A stretch of 64,000 nucleotides of DNA, taken from the NCBI GenBank assembly GCA_947591475.1, contig CANQDE010000008.1:8635-72634 (forward strand), in the 5' to 3' direction. The DNA is from an uncultured Alistipes sp. Its GTDB lineage: Bacteria > Bacteroidota > Bacteroidia > Bacteroidales > Rikenellaceae. Below are positions 27,324 through 36,300 of the stretch, in pieces. How positions within the stretch are numbered: position 1 is the first letter of the stretch; each line of letters opens with the position of its first letter. The notes beneath the pieces are model-generated. The model was given only the letters and a program-made list of their open reading frames with translations, did no database searches and was not told the origin of the DNA. The position numbers and the translations under genes are program-made.

Positions 27324-27331
27324 CAAAGATA
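27324..27331 (-). promoter_or_regulatory. -7 box TATCTTTG for the beta-helix/vWA/kinase-like operon
   Basis: Reverse complement of caaagata, 25 nt upstream of the ATG at 27299. Confidence 0.55.
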
Positions 27332-27600
27332 ATAAAAAGCCGCGTGCAATGCCAAATTTTTATCGGCGCGATCGATGGACGGCTCGTTTGCGACGGCCGC
27401 AGTCGCTTCCGCAGATCTTTTATCGGGGCTCTGCATCTTCGGATGCGGTCTGGATGCCCATTTTTCAGCCGCAGGGCGAAAATGGATGTTTCGGTCGCCC
27501 TATTTCATATAGGTGTCGGTTTCGATGTCGGACGGTCGGACGGGCCTTTTCGTTTTTAAGAAAAATTATTATTTCGAAAAGGTCGTTTTTTGCTCGAAAA

Positions 27601-27618
27601 ATTTTGGTTAACCAAAAT
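27601..27618. promoter_or_regulatory. Perfect 18-bp palindrome ATTTTGGTTAACCAAAAT (candidate GntR operator O1) upstream of susC
   Basis: Core TTGGT-TA-ACCAA. Lies ~9 nt upstream of a near-consensus -7 box TTTCTTTG (27627..27634). Confidence 0.6.
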
Positions 27619-27646
27619 TTTTTGTCTTTCTTTGTCGTGTCTTGGA

Positions 27647-27658
27647 TTGGTAAACCAG
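27647..27658. promoter_or_regulatory. Imperfect operator-like site TTGGT-AA-ACCAG (O2) in the susC leader
   Basis: One mismatch from the TTGGT-N2-ACCAA palindrome. Confidence 0.4.
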
Positions 27659-27745
27659 ATTGACAGACCAGATTGGCCGACCATGGAGGAGGCCGCGATG
27701 AAACCGGACAACTAACTGAAAACAACCTTAAACTTCAATCTCTTT

Positions 27746-30700
27746 ATGGCAAAGAATTTCCTTTCCAAAGCGTCGATCGTGGTGCTTGCCTTGCTCGTGG
27801 GAGCAACGTCGGCCTTTGCGCAGAAGCGGACCGTGCGAGGGGTGGTTACCGATAGCGAAGGCCCGCTGGCGGGCGTTTCCGTCGTTCTGCGCGACCCCCC
27901 CCCGACCGGCGTTTCGACTGCCCTCGACGGCTCTTTCGAGCTCACAGTGCCCGATAACGAGGCCGTATTGATCTTTGCGTACGTGGGGTACAAGGAGCTC
28001 GAAATTCCGGTCGGCACCCGCACCGAAATCAACGTCGTCATGGAGCCCGAAGCCGAGCTCGTGGACGAAATCGTGGTAGTCGGCTACGGTACGCAGATGA
28101 AATCGCATTTGACCGGTTCGATCTCGAAACTCGACGGCGATGCGATCGTCAACCGTCCGGCGTCCGACCTTACGACGGCGCTCCAAGGACAGATCGCCGG
28201 TTTGCAGATCAACAGCATCACCTCCGAGGTGGGTGCGGCTCCGACGATCCGCGTGCGCGGCACGGGTTCCATCTCGGCCGACAGCCAGCCGCTGGTCGTC
28301 GTCGACGGTTTCCCCGGCACGCAGACGCTCGCCGACATCAATCCCTCCGACGTGAAGTCGATCGAGATTCTCAAAGATGCCGCTTCGGCAGCGATCTACG
28401 GTTCGCGCGCGGCGAACGGCGTGATTCTCGTTACCACGAAGAGCGGTCAGGCCGAAAAGGCGCGGTATTCCATTAAATTTTATCAAGGCGTCAAGTGGGC
28501 CTACCAGCTCCACGACATGCTCACGGCGACGGATTACCTTCGGCTTCAGGAGTACGAGGCTTCGGTCGGCGGGCCTGCGGTCAAGGGGCAGGACCGTGCC
28601 GCAGCGTGGTTGGAATCCAACATGGGTTCGGTCGACTGGCAGCGCGAGGGGTTGCGCGATGCGGCGAGCATCACCAACGTTCAGTTCTCCGTCTCCGGCG
28701 GCAAGAAAGACGTGCGCTATTACACGTCGGCGGCCTGGACGCGCGATCAGGGTATCATGTTGCAGAACGAGTTGCAGAAAGTAACGTTCCGGACGAAGTT
28801 GGACGTCGACCTGTCGAAAACGGTGAAATTCGGAGTCAACGTATCGGCCAACTATCAGAAAGGCAGCCGCCCGCGCAACAATTTCATCGACTTTTACCGC
28901 ACGCCGTCGTTCCTGCCCGTCTACCATAACGATTGGTCGACGGCGTTCACTGGTTATACGGGTTTCGCCCGCGGCAGCCACTTCAACAAGATCACGACCC
29001 CGACGGGCGACCCCGACGAGTACGGCAACCCGACTTGGGACAAGGAGGTGAGTCCGTTCAACTCGGCGAACAACAATCCGAAGAGCGTCATGGCCAACAC
29101 CACGCGTTGGAACGAACGTTTCGGCGGTTCAGGCAACCTCTACCTCACCGTCGACTTGTGCAGGGGGTTGCAGTTCCGCACGTCGAACGGGGCCAACGTC
29201 TACTACGCGCCGGCCTACACCTATGCCAACAAGAATGCGACCAAGGACGGCACGCCCAGCGAAGCGACGTTCCGCAGTACGCTCGCCGTCGACCTGCTTT
29301 CGGAGAACACGCTCAACTTCCATCGCGAATTCGGACGCCATGACATCGAGATACTGGCCGGTTACACGGCGCAGAAGACCCGTTACGACTACGTGGCGCT
29401 GACCGGTACGGGCTTTCCGACCGACGACATCCACACGCTCAACGCAGCCACGATCTACGAACTGGCTTCGAAGAACAACGGAAAGAGCGACGGTACGGGA
29501 ACCTATCGCAATCCCGACCGCGTGCTCCAGTCGGTGCTGGGCCGTGTGAATTACAGCTTCGCTTCGAAATACCTGCTTTCGGCATCGCTTCGTGCCGACA
29601 TCTCGTCGCTCTTCACCAAGGGCAACCGCACAGCTTGGTTCCCGTCGGTGTCGATCGGATGGCGGGTTTCGGAGGAGAACTGGCTGAAAGATTCCCGCTG
29701 GCTGTCGAATCTCAAGCTCCGTGCTTCGTACGGGGTAACCGGCAACAATGCGGTGCCGCATACGGCGGCTTTGGAGCTGCTCAACAGCGCCAACTATCCC
29801 ACCGGTACCGGCAACGGTTCGCTCGTGCCGGGTGTTGCCAATATCGAATCGACACTCGCCAACAGCACCATCACTTGGGAGCAGACCGATGAATTCAACT
29901 TCGGCGTGGATTGGGGCATGGCCCACAATCGGGTGAACCTGACGGTCGACGGCTACTATTCCGTAACGCGCGCGCTGCTGTTCGAACAGCCGACGCAGTC
30001 GTTCACCGGTTTCACGGCTTACTGGAACAACATCGGTAAGGTGCGCAATGCGGGTGTCGAGATTCAGTTGGACACCTACAATATCGAGCACAAGAAATTT
30101 TCGTGGTCGACGAACTTCAATTTCTCGCTTTCGCGCAACAAGCTGCTCGAAATCGGCGGCGAATCGCAGGTCATTTCGCAGGGTGAACGCAACGAAAACT
30201 ACATCGCCCGCGTGGGTGATCCGTTGATCCAGTATTACGGATTCAAGACCGTCGGCGTGTGGAACAACGTCGAGGAGATCGCCGCCAATCCGCACTTTGC
30301 GAGCGACGTGCCGGGCGGTTTGCGCATCGCCGACACGAACGGCGACGGCGTGCTGAACGACGACGACCGCGTGGCGCTCGGAAATCCCTATCCGTCGTTC
30401 TCGTGGGGCATGACCAACAAATTCCGCATCGGCAGCTTCGACATTTCGTTCCTGTTGCAGGGCGTGCAGGGGATCACGGTGCTCAACGGCGACGTCTTCT
30501 ACAACGAATCCCACAAGTACAACAAGGCGTATGTCCGCAATCGCTGGGTGAGCGACACCCATCGGGGCGACGGCAAGACCCCTTACGGCAAGACCGGCTA
30601 CAACCTCATGCTGACCGACTACCCGTTGCAGGACGCTTCGTATCTTTGCCTGCGCGATGTAACCATCGGTTACACGCTGCCGAAACACATCGTGAAGAAA

Positions 30701-30895
30701 CTGCACCTTCGGGGTTTGCGGCTTTACGTTACGGGCTCCAACTTGGCCTATCTGTGGAGCGACGATTACAAGGGGGTCAATCCCGAATCGCGCTATACGT
30801 CGGGCGATTATTCGAGCCCGCTTATCTCCGGTTACCAGCGCGGCGGCTTCCCGCTGACGTCGACCGTTACGTTCGGTATCGATCTTAACTTCTAA
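27746..30895 (+). CDS. susC: SusC/RagA-family TonB-dependent outer-membrane transporter
   Basis: 1049 aa. Signal peptide and a carboxypeptidase-regulatory-like VRGVVTDSEGPLAGVSVV. Plug region IVVVGYGTQ and C-terminal ...TFGIDLNF. Followed 15 nt later by susD. Confidence 0.95.
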   Translation: MAKNFLSKASIVVLALLVGATSAFAQKRTVRGVVTDSEGPLAGVSVVLRDPPPTGVSTALDGSFELTVPDNEAVLIFAYVGYKELEIPVGTRTEINVVMEPEAELVDEIVVVGYGTQMKSHLTGSISKLDGDAIVNRPASDLTTALQGQIAGLQINSITSEVGAAPTIRVRGTGSISADSQPLVVVDGFPGTQTLADINPSDVKSIEILKDAASAAIYGSRAANGVILVTTKSGQAEKARYSIKFYQGVKWAYQLHDMLTATDYLRLQEYEASVGGPAVKGQDRAAAWLESNMGSVDWQREGLRDAASITNVQFSVSGGKKDVRYYTSAAWTRDQGIMLQNELQKVTFRTKLDVDLSKTVKFGVNVSANYQKGSRPRNNFIDFYRTPSFLPVYHNDWSTAFTGYTGFARGSHFNKITTPTGDPDEYGNPTWDKEVSPFNSANNNPKSVMANTTRWNERFGGSGNLYLTVDLCRGLQFRTSNGANVYYAPAYTYANKNATKDGTPSEATFRSTLAVDLLSENTLNFHREFGRHDIEILAGYTAQKTRYDYVALTGTGFPTDDIHTLNAATIYELASKNNGKSDGTGTYRNPDRVLQSVLGRVNYSFASKYLLSASLRADISSLFTKGNRTAWFPSVSIGWRVSEENWLKDSRWLSNLKLRASYGVTGNNAVPHTAALELLNSANYPTGTGNGSLVPGVANIESTLANSTITWEQTDEFNFGVDWGMAHNRVNLTVDGYYSVTRALLFEQPTQSFTGFTAYWNNIGKVRNAGVEIQLDTYNIEHKKFSWSTNFNFSLSRNKLLEIGGESQVISQGERNENYIARVGDPLIQYYGFKTVGVWNNVEEIAANPHFASDVPGGLRIADTNGDGVLNDDDRVALGNPYPSFSWGMTNKFRIGSFDISFLLQGVQGITVLNGDVFYNESHKYNKAYVRNRWVSDTHRGDGKTPYGKTGYNLMLTDYPLQDASYLCLRDVTIGYTLPKHIVKKLHLRGLRLYVTGSNLAYLWSDDYKGVNPESRYTSGDYSSPLISGYQRGGFPLTSTVTFGIDLNF
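27895..27903. repeat. C9 homopolymer inside susC (codons ~50-53, DPPP)
   Basis: gcgacccccccccgaccgg. Together with the tract at 24333, it is the only G/C run of 8 or more that I found in the window. Confidence 0.95.
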
Positions 30896-30910
30896 CAATG
30901 CCTTGAAATC

Positions 30911-32428
30911 ATGAAACGAACCCTGATTAAAATAAGCCTTTGGATTGCCTGCGGCCTGGCCGTCTCGTGCAACATGGAGCAGGTGCCTTATTCGGAGGTG
31001 GCGGACAGCGATTACGTGAAGGACGATGCGTCGGTCGAAAATCTCGTCATCGGCGCTTACAACGGCTTGCACGACGTGCTCTATTACGAGTGGGCCGTAA
31101 CGGAGCTGCGGTCGGACAACGCCCGTATGCGTGTTACCGGTTCGACCTCGCAGGATACCAAACTCATCGAGCAGCTCGACCAAGCCACGATCGAGACCGC
31201 CCACGCTTGGGTGGCCGACTATTGGGAGGCCTGCTATTCGACCATCAACCGCGCCAATTCGGTGCTGCGGAATCTCGACGTCGTGAGCGATCCCGAATTG
31301 CGCGCACAGTTCCGCGGCGAGGCGCAGTTCCTCCGTGCGATGCTCTATTTCAATTTGGTGCGGTTGTACGGGCCGGTCTTCATCATAACGAAAAAGACCG
31401 GTGCCGACGAGGCGCGCCGGATGCAGCGTTCGCCGGTCGAGGAGGTCTATGCCCTCATCGAGACGGATTTGGAATCCATCATCGACGAAGCATTGCTGCC
31501 CGTGCGCATGTCCGATGCCCGTACCGGCCGCGCTACGCTGACGGCGGCCCGAGCCTTGCTCGCCAAGGTCTACATGACCCATTATGCGATCGGCGAGGAG
31601 AAATACATGAAGGCCAAAACCTTGCTCCGCGAGGTGCTCACGGCTGCGGGCGACCCGCAAAGCAGCGGCGAACTGGTGCCCTACGCCAAAATTTTCGCCA
31701 AGGACAACGAGATGAACAAGGAGATTCTCTTCGCTGTGCGGTATCTTTCGGGCAACGTGGGGCTCGGTTCTCCGTTCACGACGCTGTTCGGCCCGTTGAA
31801 CAATGCCAACAGCGTGGTGATGGGTTCGCCCAAACATTACAACTTCCCGTCGGACAACCTGCTTTCGGCCTACAATGCCAACGCTGAGGGCGACAAGGCG
31901 GACTTGCGTAAGGAGGTTGTGCTGGCCGAAGGCTACACTAACATTACGACTGGCGAATGGAAAACCGATCGCTTCATGGTCAAATTCCTCGATCCCGACA
32001 TGACGACGGAGTACGACGCCGAGAACGACTGGCCCGTGCTGCGGGTGGGCGACATCATCCTGCTCTACGCCGAAATTGTGAACGAAACGGAGGGCCCCAC
32101 GGCCGAGGCGTTGAAGTATCTGAACCTGATTCGCGGGCGTGCGGGCATCCACGAATACGGGGCGGACGAATTGGCGTCGCGCTACCAGTTCCGCGAGGCC
32201 GTGCGCCGCGAGCGCCGATTGGAGCTCGCGTTCGAGAACCAGCGTTGGTTCGACCTGCTGCGTTGGGGAACCGCCGTGTCGACCTTCAACGAATACCTCG
32301 CTTCGGAGACCTTCTATACCGGTTATTCCTATGTGGTGAACCCGATCGCCGAGTGGCAGACGCTGCTCCCGATTCCGATCTCCGTCATCAACATCAATCC
32401 CGACGTCGCACAGAATGTCGGATACTAA
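30911..32428 (+). CDS. susD: SusD/RagB-family outer-membrane lipoprotein
   Basis: 505 aa. Lipobox GLAVSC and TPR-like helical composition. Lies immediately after susC. Confidence 0.92.
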   Translation: MKRTLIKISLWIACGLAVSCNMEQVPYSEVADSDYVKDDASVENLVIGAYNGLHDVLYYEWAVTELRSDNARMRVTGSTSQDTKLIEQLDQATIETAHAWVADYWEACYSTINRANSVLRNLDVVSDPELRAQFRGEAQFLRAMLYFNLVRLYGPVFIITKKTGADEARRMQRSPVEEVYALIETDLESIIDEALLPVRMSDARTGRATLTAARALLAKVYMTHYAIGEEKYMKAKTLLREVLTAAGDPQSSGELVPYAKIFAKDNEMNKEILFAVRYLSGNVGLGSPFTTLFGPLNNANSVVMGSPKHYNFPSDNLLSAYNANAEGDKADLRKEVVLAEGYTNITTGEWKTDRFMVKFLDPDMTTEYDAENDWPVLRVGDIILLYAEIVNETEGPTAEALKYLNLIRGRAGIHEYGADELASRYQFREAVRRERRLELAFENQRWFDLLRWGTAVSTFNEYLASETFYTGYSYVVNPIAEWQTLLPIPISVININPDVAQNVGY

Positions 32429-32441
32429 ACTTTCGATACCT

Positions 32442-34154
32442 ATGAAAAAGTTCATCAACAGCATACCGGGTCTGGCTCTGCTCGCAACGGCGTTTTTCGC
32501 GGCCGCCTGCGACAAGACCAGCATCGACGAGGTGGTCGAATCGGCTCCCGTCATCCATTCGTTCGCACCGGCATCGGCTCCAGTCGGCGAAGCGATCGTC
32601 ATCACGGGCGAATACCTCAATGCCGTTACGTCGGCCACGATCGACGGCGTGGAGGTGCCCATCGTCGAGCGGGTGTCGAATACCCGCATCTCGATTCTTG
32701 CCGCTGCCGAAGCCAGAAGCGGCCGCATCGCGCTGACGAATACCGTCGGTACCGGCGAATCGGCCGGGACGTTCACCTATTCCTACGTCGCCCCGCAGAT
32801 TACCGAAGCGATTCTCCAGTCGTCGGTCGACATGGGCGACCAGATGCTCATCGCCGGCAAGCACTTGGGGGCCGTCGAGGCGGTCATTTTCACGGCCGAG
32901 GGCTACACCGAGGGCAACGAGGCGACGATCATCGGTCGTACGGCCGACGAATTGGTCGTCAAATGCCCCTACGTCGAGGCCGACCGCGCACGTATCACCT
33001 TGCGTTACTTCGACGGCACGTCGCATGTGGAGACGGCGCTCGACAGCGCGCCTCAAATCGCCGTGCAGCGTTACCAGCCGGTTTTCGATGCCGCAACGTT
33101 CGAGCGCACGGCCGTGGGCCGTTCCGTAACCCTCACGGGCAACTACCTGACGAAGGTCGACGCGATTTTGGTCAACGGATTCCCCGCCAGCATCTCCAAA
33201 GAGATGAACAAACTCACGTTCACGGTTCCGGCGGGCGATTTCGCCGACGGCGAGACCGTAACGTCGGTCGTGGCGTCGTATTTCGACGGCCACGAGAGCA
33301 TTACTTTGAGCGATGCGTTCGTGGTCTACGTGCCGTTCGTGAAGTTCTGGGAGAATATACGCGTATGGGGACATGGCAAGACCGCCGAGCAGCTCGCCTG
33401 CTTCTTCTCGCCGGAAACGGGCCTTGTCTATCCCAATATGGATTGGCGTACGGAGCTCGACCCGATTGCGTTCAAGTACCAGTCCGCTACCTGCTCCGAG
33501 CCACAGATTCCGGCCGTTACTGAGGAGGAGTACGATTCCGTTCCGCCCTATTTCTACTTCTATTCGAACAATAGCAGCGTGTTGACCGTGAATTCGCCCG
33601 CCAGCTCGAACAACCTGTTCAAGAACTTTTGGGTGGCCAACGCTTCGGGCGATGCGAATCGTCTGCCGGGTTCAAATGGCACTTGTTTCGGTACGTCCGT
33701 ACTTGCTTTCCGTGCGCTGAAAGAGGCGGATGCCGCGGAAAAAGAGCTGATCGACAAGGTTCGCAGCGGCCAAATCGAAAACATCGATGAGCAGCTTTTC
33801 CCGATCGACGTGTCGGCGAAAACCGTCGGCGGTATCGGAGTCGGTGCGGCTAAACCGCAACTGAAAGATACGGAGTGGGCGCCGAATCTGTTCGGCGACA
33901 AAAAATCGGACGTGCTCGGCGTGAAGCCGGATGCCGTGATTTTGGTGCTCTATTTCGACTACCGCGGGCCCGAGAAGGATGCCGGAGGCCAGTTGAACTA
34001 CGCATCTCATGTGAAACGGATTGGCCTGCTGCACATTACGGAGGTCAATTTCCGTATCGACCAGTCCAATAGCTACAAACCGGCTACGTTGAGCGACTAC
34101 ACCTTCGACATCTACTGGCAGAAGTACGATTACGACTATTCGAAAGTGAATTGA
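32442..34154 (+). CDS. Surface lipoprotein with IPT/TIG repeats and an unassigned C-terminal domain (SGBP candidate)
   Basis: Lipobox FFAAAC at the ATG at 32442 (MKKFINS...). Repeated IPT-like units (PVIHSFAPASAPVGEAIVITGEYL..., PQITEAILQSSVDMGDQMLIAGKHL...). Occupies the SusE/F position. Confidence 0.75.
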   Translation: MKKFINSIPGLALLATAFFAAACDKTSIDEVVESAPVIHSFAPASAPVGEAIVITGEYLNAVTSATIDGVEVPIVERVSNTRISILAAAEARSGRIALTNTVGTGESAGTFTYSYVAPQITEAILQSSVDMGDQMLIAGKHLGAVEAVIFTAEGYTEGNEATIIGRTADELVVKCPYVEADRARITLRYFDGTSHVETALDSAPQIAVQRYQPVFDAATFERTAVGRSVTLTGNYLTKVDAILVNGFPASISKEMNKLTFTVPAGDFADGETVTSVVASYFDGHESITLSDAFVVYVPFVKFWENIRVWGHGKTAEQLACFFSPETGLVYPNMDWRTELDPIAFKYQSATCSEPQIPAVTEEEYDSVPPYFYFYSNNSSVLTVNSPASSNNLFKNFWVANASGDANRLPGSNGTCFGTSVLAFRALKEADAAEKELIDKVRSGQIENIDEQLFPIDVSAKTVGGIGVGAAKPQLKDTEWAPNLFGDKKSDVLGVKPDAVILVLYFDYRGPEKDAGGQLNYASHVKRIGLLHITEVNFRIDQSNSYKPATLSDYTFDIYWQKYDYDYSKVN

Positions 34155-34169
34155 CACCGTTAAAGAAGA

Positions 34170-36173
34170 ATGATTATGAAAAAGATAGGAAAAGGCTTTG
34201 CGGCGCTGCTCCTCGGAGCGGCTCTGCTTACCGCCTGCAACGAGGACGACGGCGTTGCCGTCGAACAGCTGCCGGCCATCGACGTGTCGACGCGCACGCT
34301 TCAGCCCGACGCCACCGGCTCGACCGGCGAGAGCGGTTCGGTCCGCGCATTCGTGGGCACGGTCGTTACGGCTCAGGGCTTCAACCTCGACCGCATCACG
34401 CGGGTAACCTTCACGGCGACGGCCGAGGGTTCCGAAGAGGTCGAAGCCGAAATCGTCGAACGATCCATCAAGGAGTTGAAATTCAAGGTGCCGTCGTTGG
34501 GGTTGGCCCAGCGCGACGGCTCCTATGCGGCCGACCTGCGGGTTTATGGCGAGAACGACGCGGTGGTGTTCCGGTATGTCTATTATGTAACCGTGCCGGT
34601 TACCGATGCGCTTGTGAGCGGTTATTCGCCCGCTTCGGGTACGGTCGGTACGGTGGTTAAGGTCGAGGGCCGCAACCTCGAACAGATCGCTGAGGTGCGC
34701 TTCGGCGACCATACCATTCTCTCCGATGCGTTCGTCGAGACCGTTGCCGGTTCCGAAACGAGTTCGGTCAGCTTCGCTGTGCCGGTCGGTGCGTATGCCG
34801 CCGGTGAGAGCGAAGTGGCGATTTCGGCCGTTTGGGGCGGCGACAAGGTAATCGATGTTACAGGCGAGGCGCCGTTCCTGATGCACACGCCGAAGGTAAT
34901 GCCTGTCGTGCAGCCCGAGGGCGAAAATGCCGCTATCGGCAGCGAACTGACCGTTACGGGCGAATACCTCGACCTCGTTTCCGGAATCAAGTGGGGCGAT
35001 TGCGAACTCATCGTGCTGGAACAGACGGCGGAATCGGTTACCGTGAAATTCCCGTCGTCGATCGAGCCCGCCGATCCGGTGGTCGTTGCGGCCGACATCA
35101 CGGCCGTTTACGGCGAACCTGCGCAGACGGTCGTTCTGGCCGCTGCCTATCGGGTCGACACCACGCCGCAGGGGCCTGCCAAGCCGGTCTACCAGAGCTT
35201 TACGGCCGAAGACGGCGGAGATGCGAACAAACTCTATTTGGGTAAAACGGTTACCGTTACGGGCGAGAACATGGCCTCTATCGAGGGCTTTCTCGTCGAC
35301 GGCGTGGCGGCCGAATTGGTCGGCACGCCCAACGACGTGCAGGCCGCATTCGCGGTGCCCGACGGGGTGGATTTCACCGAGGCGAAAGAGGTGGCCGTCA
35401 AGGCCGTCTACGGCGGCGGTTCCGAAGCGGAGCTATTTGTTGCGACGGTCTACCCGTTCTACTATTTCAAGGGGATTCGTTTGGGATTGGGTTCCAACTC
35501 GAAAAACACTTACACGGAATATGCTTCGCAGCATGCGTTCTTCTATCCCGATTTGAATCGCGTGGTTTCGGCTCAGGCGTGGAAGGATGAAATGCTCGAC
35601 AGTTATGCGGCGGCAGGTACGAATGCCGTGGTGAAAGCGAACAATGTCCTTACCCAGGACGCATTGACGGCCGAGGCGTACTATGCGGTGAAGCCTTATC
35701 TTTTCTTCCTGTCCAATTCATCGAACAAACTGTCCATCGGCGGCTGTGCCAATACGGCCAATCAGTTGAAAAATCACTTCGTGTGGAATGGCTCGGCCTG
35801 GGAGCCGTTGCCGGCGACTTGGGGAACGCCCATCGTCATGTATCAGGTGGTGCTGACCGATTGGAGCGAGACGGTGAAAAACGGAACGATGACTTCGATC
35901 GCGGCTTATGACGGGCCGCTCGCTACGACCGGCGGCCCCGCTTTGGGTACGGCTGAGGCTGGCAATACATGGGTGAAAGGCAGTGTGTTGGCTGTTTCGT
36001 ATTCTACCTATGCGAAAGGGGCGAAACCGGCTTCGATGGCGGATGTTGCCAAACTGGGTTTCATCCATATAGTTGATATTACGTGTGCCGATTTGTCGAC
36101 CGGTTTGGCCAATGCCGATCGCACCGGTTATATCGAGTTCGATCTGTATTGGTCGAAGCAATTGAACAGATAG
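34170..36173 (+). CDS. Second IPT/TIG-repeat surface lipoprotein, paralogue of 32442..34154
   Basis: Lipobox LLTAC and 4-5 IPT-like units. The C-terminal domain shares PYLFFLSNSSNKL / LGFIHIVDI...FDLYW with the upstream gene (PYFYFYSNNSSVL / IGLLHITEV...FDIYW). Confidence 0.75.
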   Translation: MIMKKIGKGFAALLLGAALLTACNEDDGVAVEQLPAIDVSTRTLQPDATGSTGESGSVRAFVGTVVTAQGFNLDRITRVTFTATAEGSEEVEAEIVERSIKELKFKVPSLGLAQRDGSYAADLRVYGENDAVVFRYVYYVTVPVTDALVSGYSPASGTVGTVVKVEGRNLEQIAEVRFGDHTILSDAFVETVAGSETSSVSFAVPVGAYAAGESEVAISAVWGGDKVIDVTGEAPFLMHTPKVMPVVQPEGENAAIGSELTVTGEYLDLVSGIKWGDCELIVLEQTAESVTVKFPSSIEPADPVVVAADITAVYGEPAQTVVLAAAYRVDTTPQGPAKPVYQSFTAEDGGDANKLYLGKTVTVTGENMASIEGFLVDGVAAELVGTPNDVQAAFAVPDGVDFTEAKEVAVKAVYGGGSEAELFVATVYPFYYFKGIRLGLGSNSKNTYTEYASQHAFFYPDLNRVVSAQAWKDEMLDSYAAAGTNAVVKANNVLTQDALTAEAYYAVKPYLFFLSNSSNKLSIGGCANTANQLKNHFVWNGSAWEPLPATWGTPIVMYQVVLTDWSETVKNGTMTSIAAYDGPLATTGGPALGTAEAGNTWVKGSVLAVSYSTYAKGAKPASMADVAKLGFIHIVDITCADLSTGLANADRTGYIEFDLYWSKQLNR

Positions 36174-36300
36174 TTTTTCAAGGTGAGTGAGTGGTTAGGT
36201 TGGGGTCCGGACAGCTGCTGCCCGTCGATTCACCGACGGGCGGCCGACATCCGGCAAACGCGATCGACCGTAAAATCTGTCGAATTTTTTGAAAAATAGG

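Noticed and set aside
27327-27745. The 420-bp region upstream of susC, considered as an invertible promoter (phase-variable switch).
   Set aside because: There is no pair of flanking 15-25-bp inverted repeats enclosing a promoter, and no nearby recombinase. The only strong symmetry is the short operator-like palindrome and a local hairpin (ccttttcg...cgaaaagg).
29129-32776. A 1215-aa minus-strand ORF, the longest in the track.
   Set aside because: It lies antisense to susC/susD, which have clear family features. Its product is Arg/Val/Gly/Ala-rich with no recognisable motif, signal or domain. Long antisense ORFs of this kind are expected in ~60% GC DNA.
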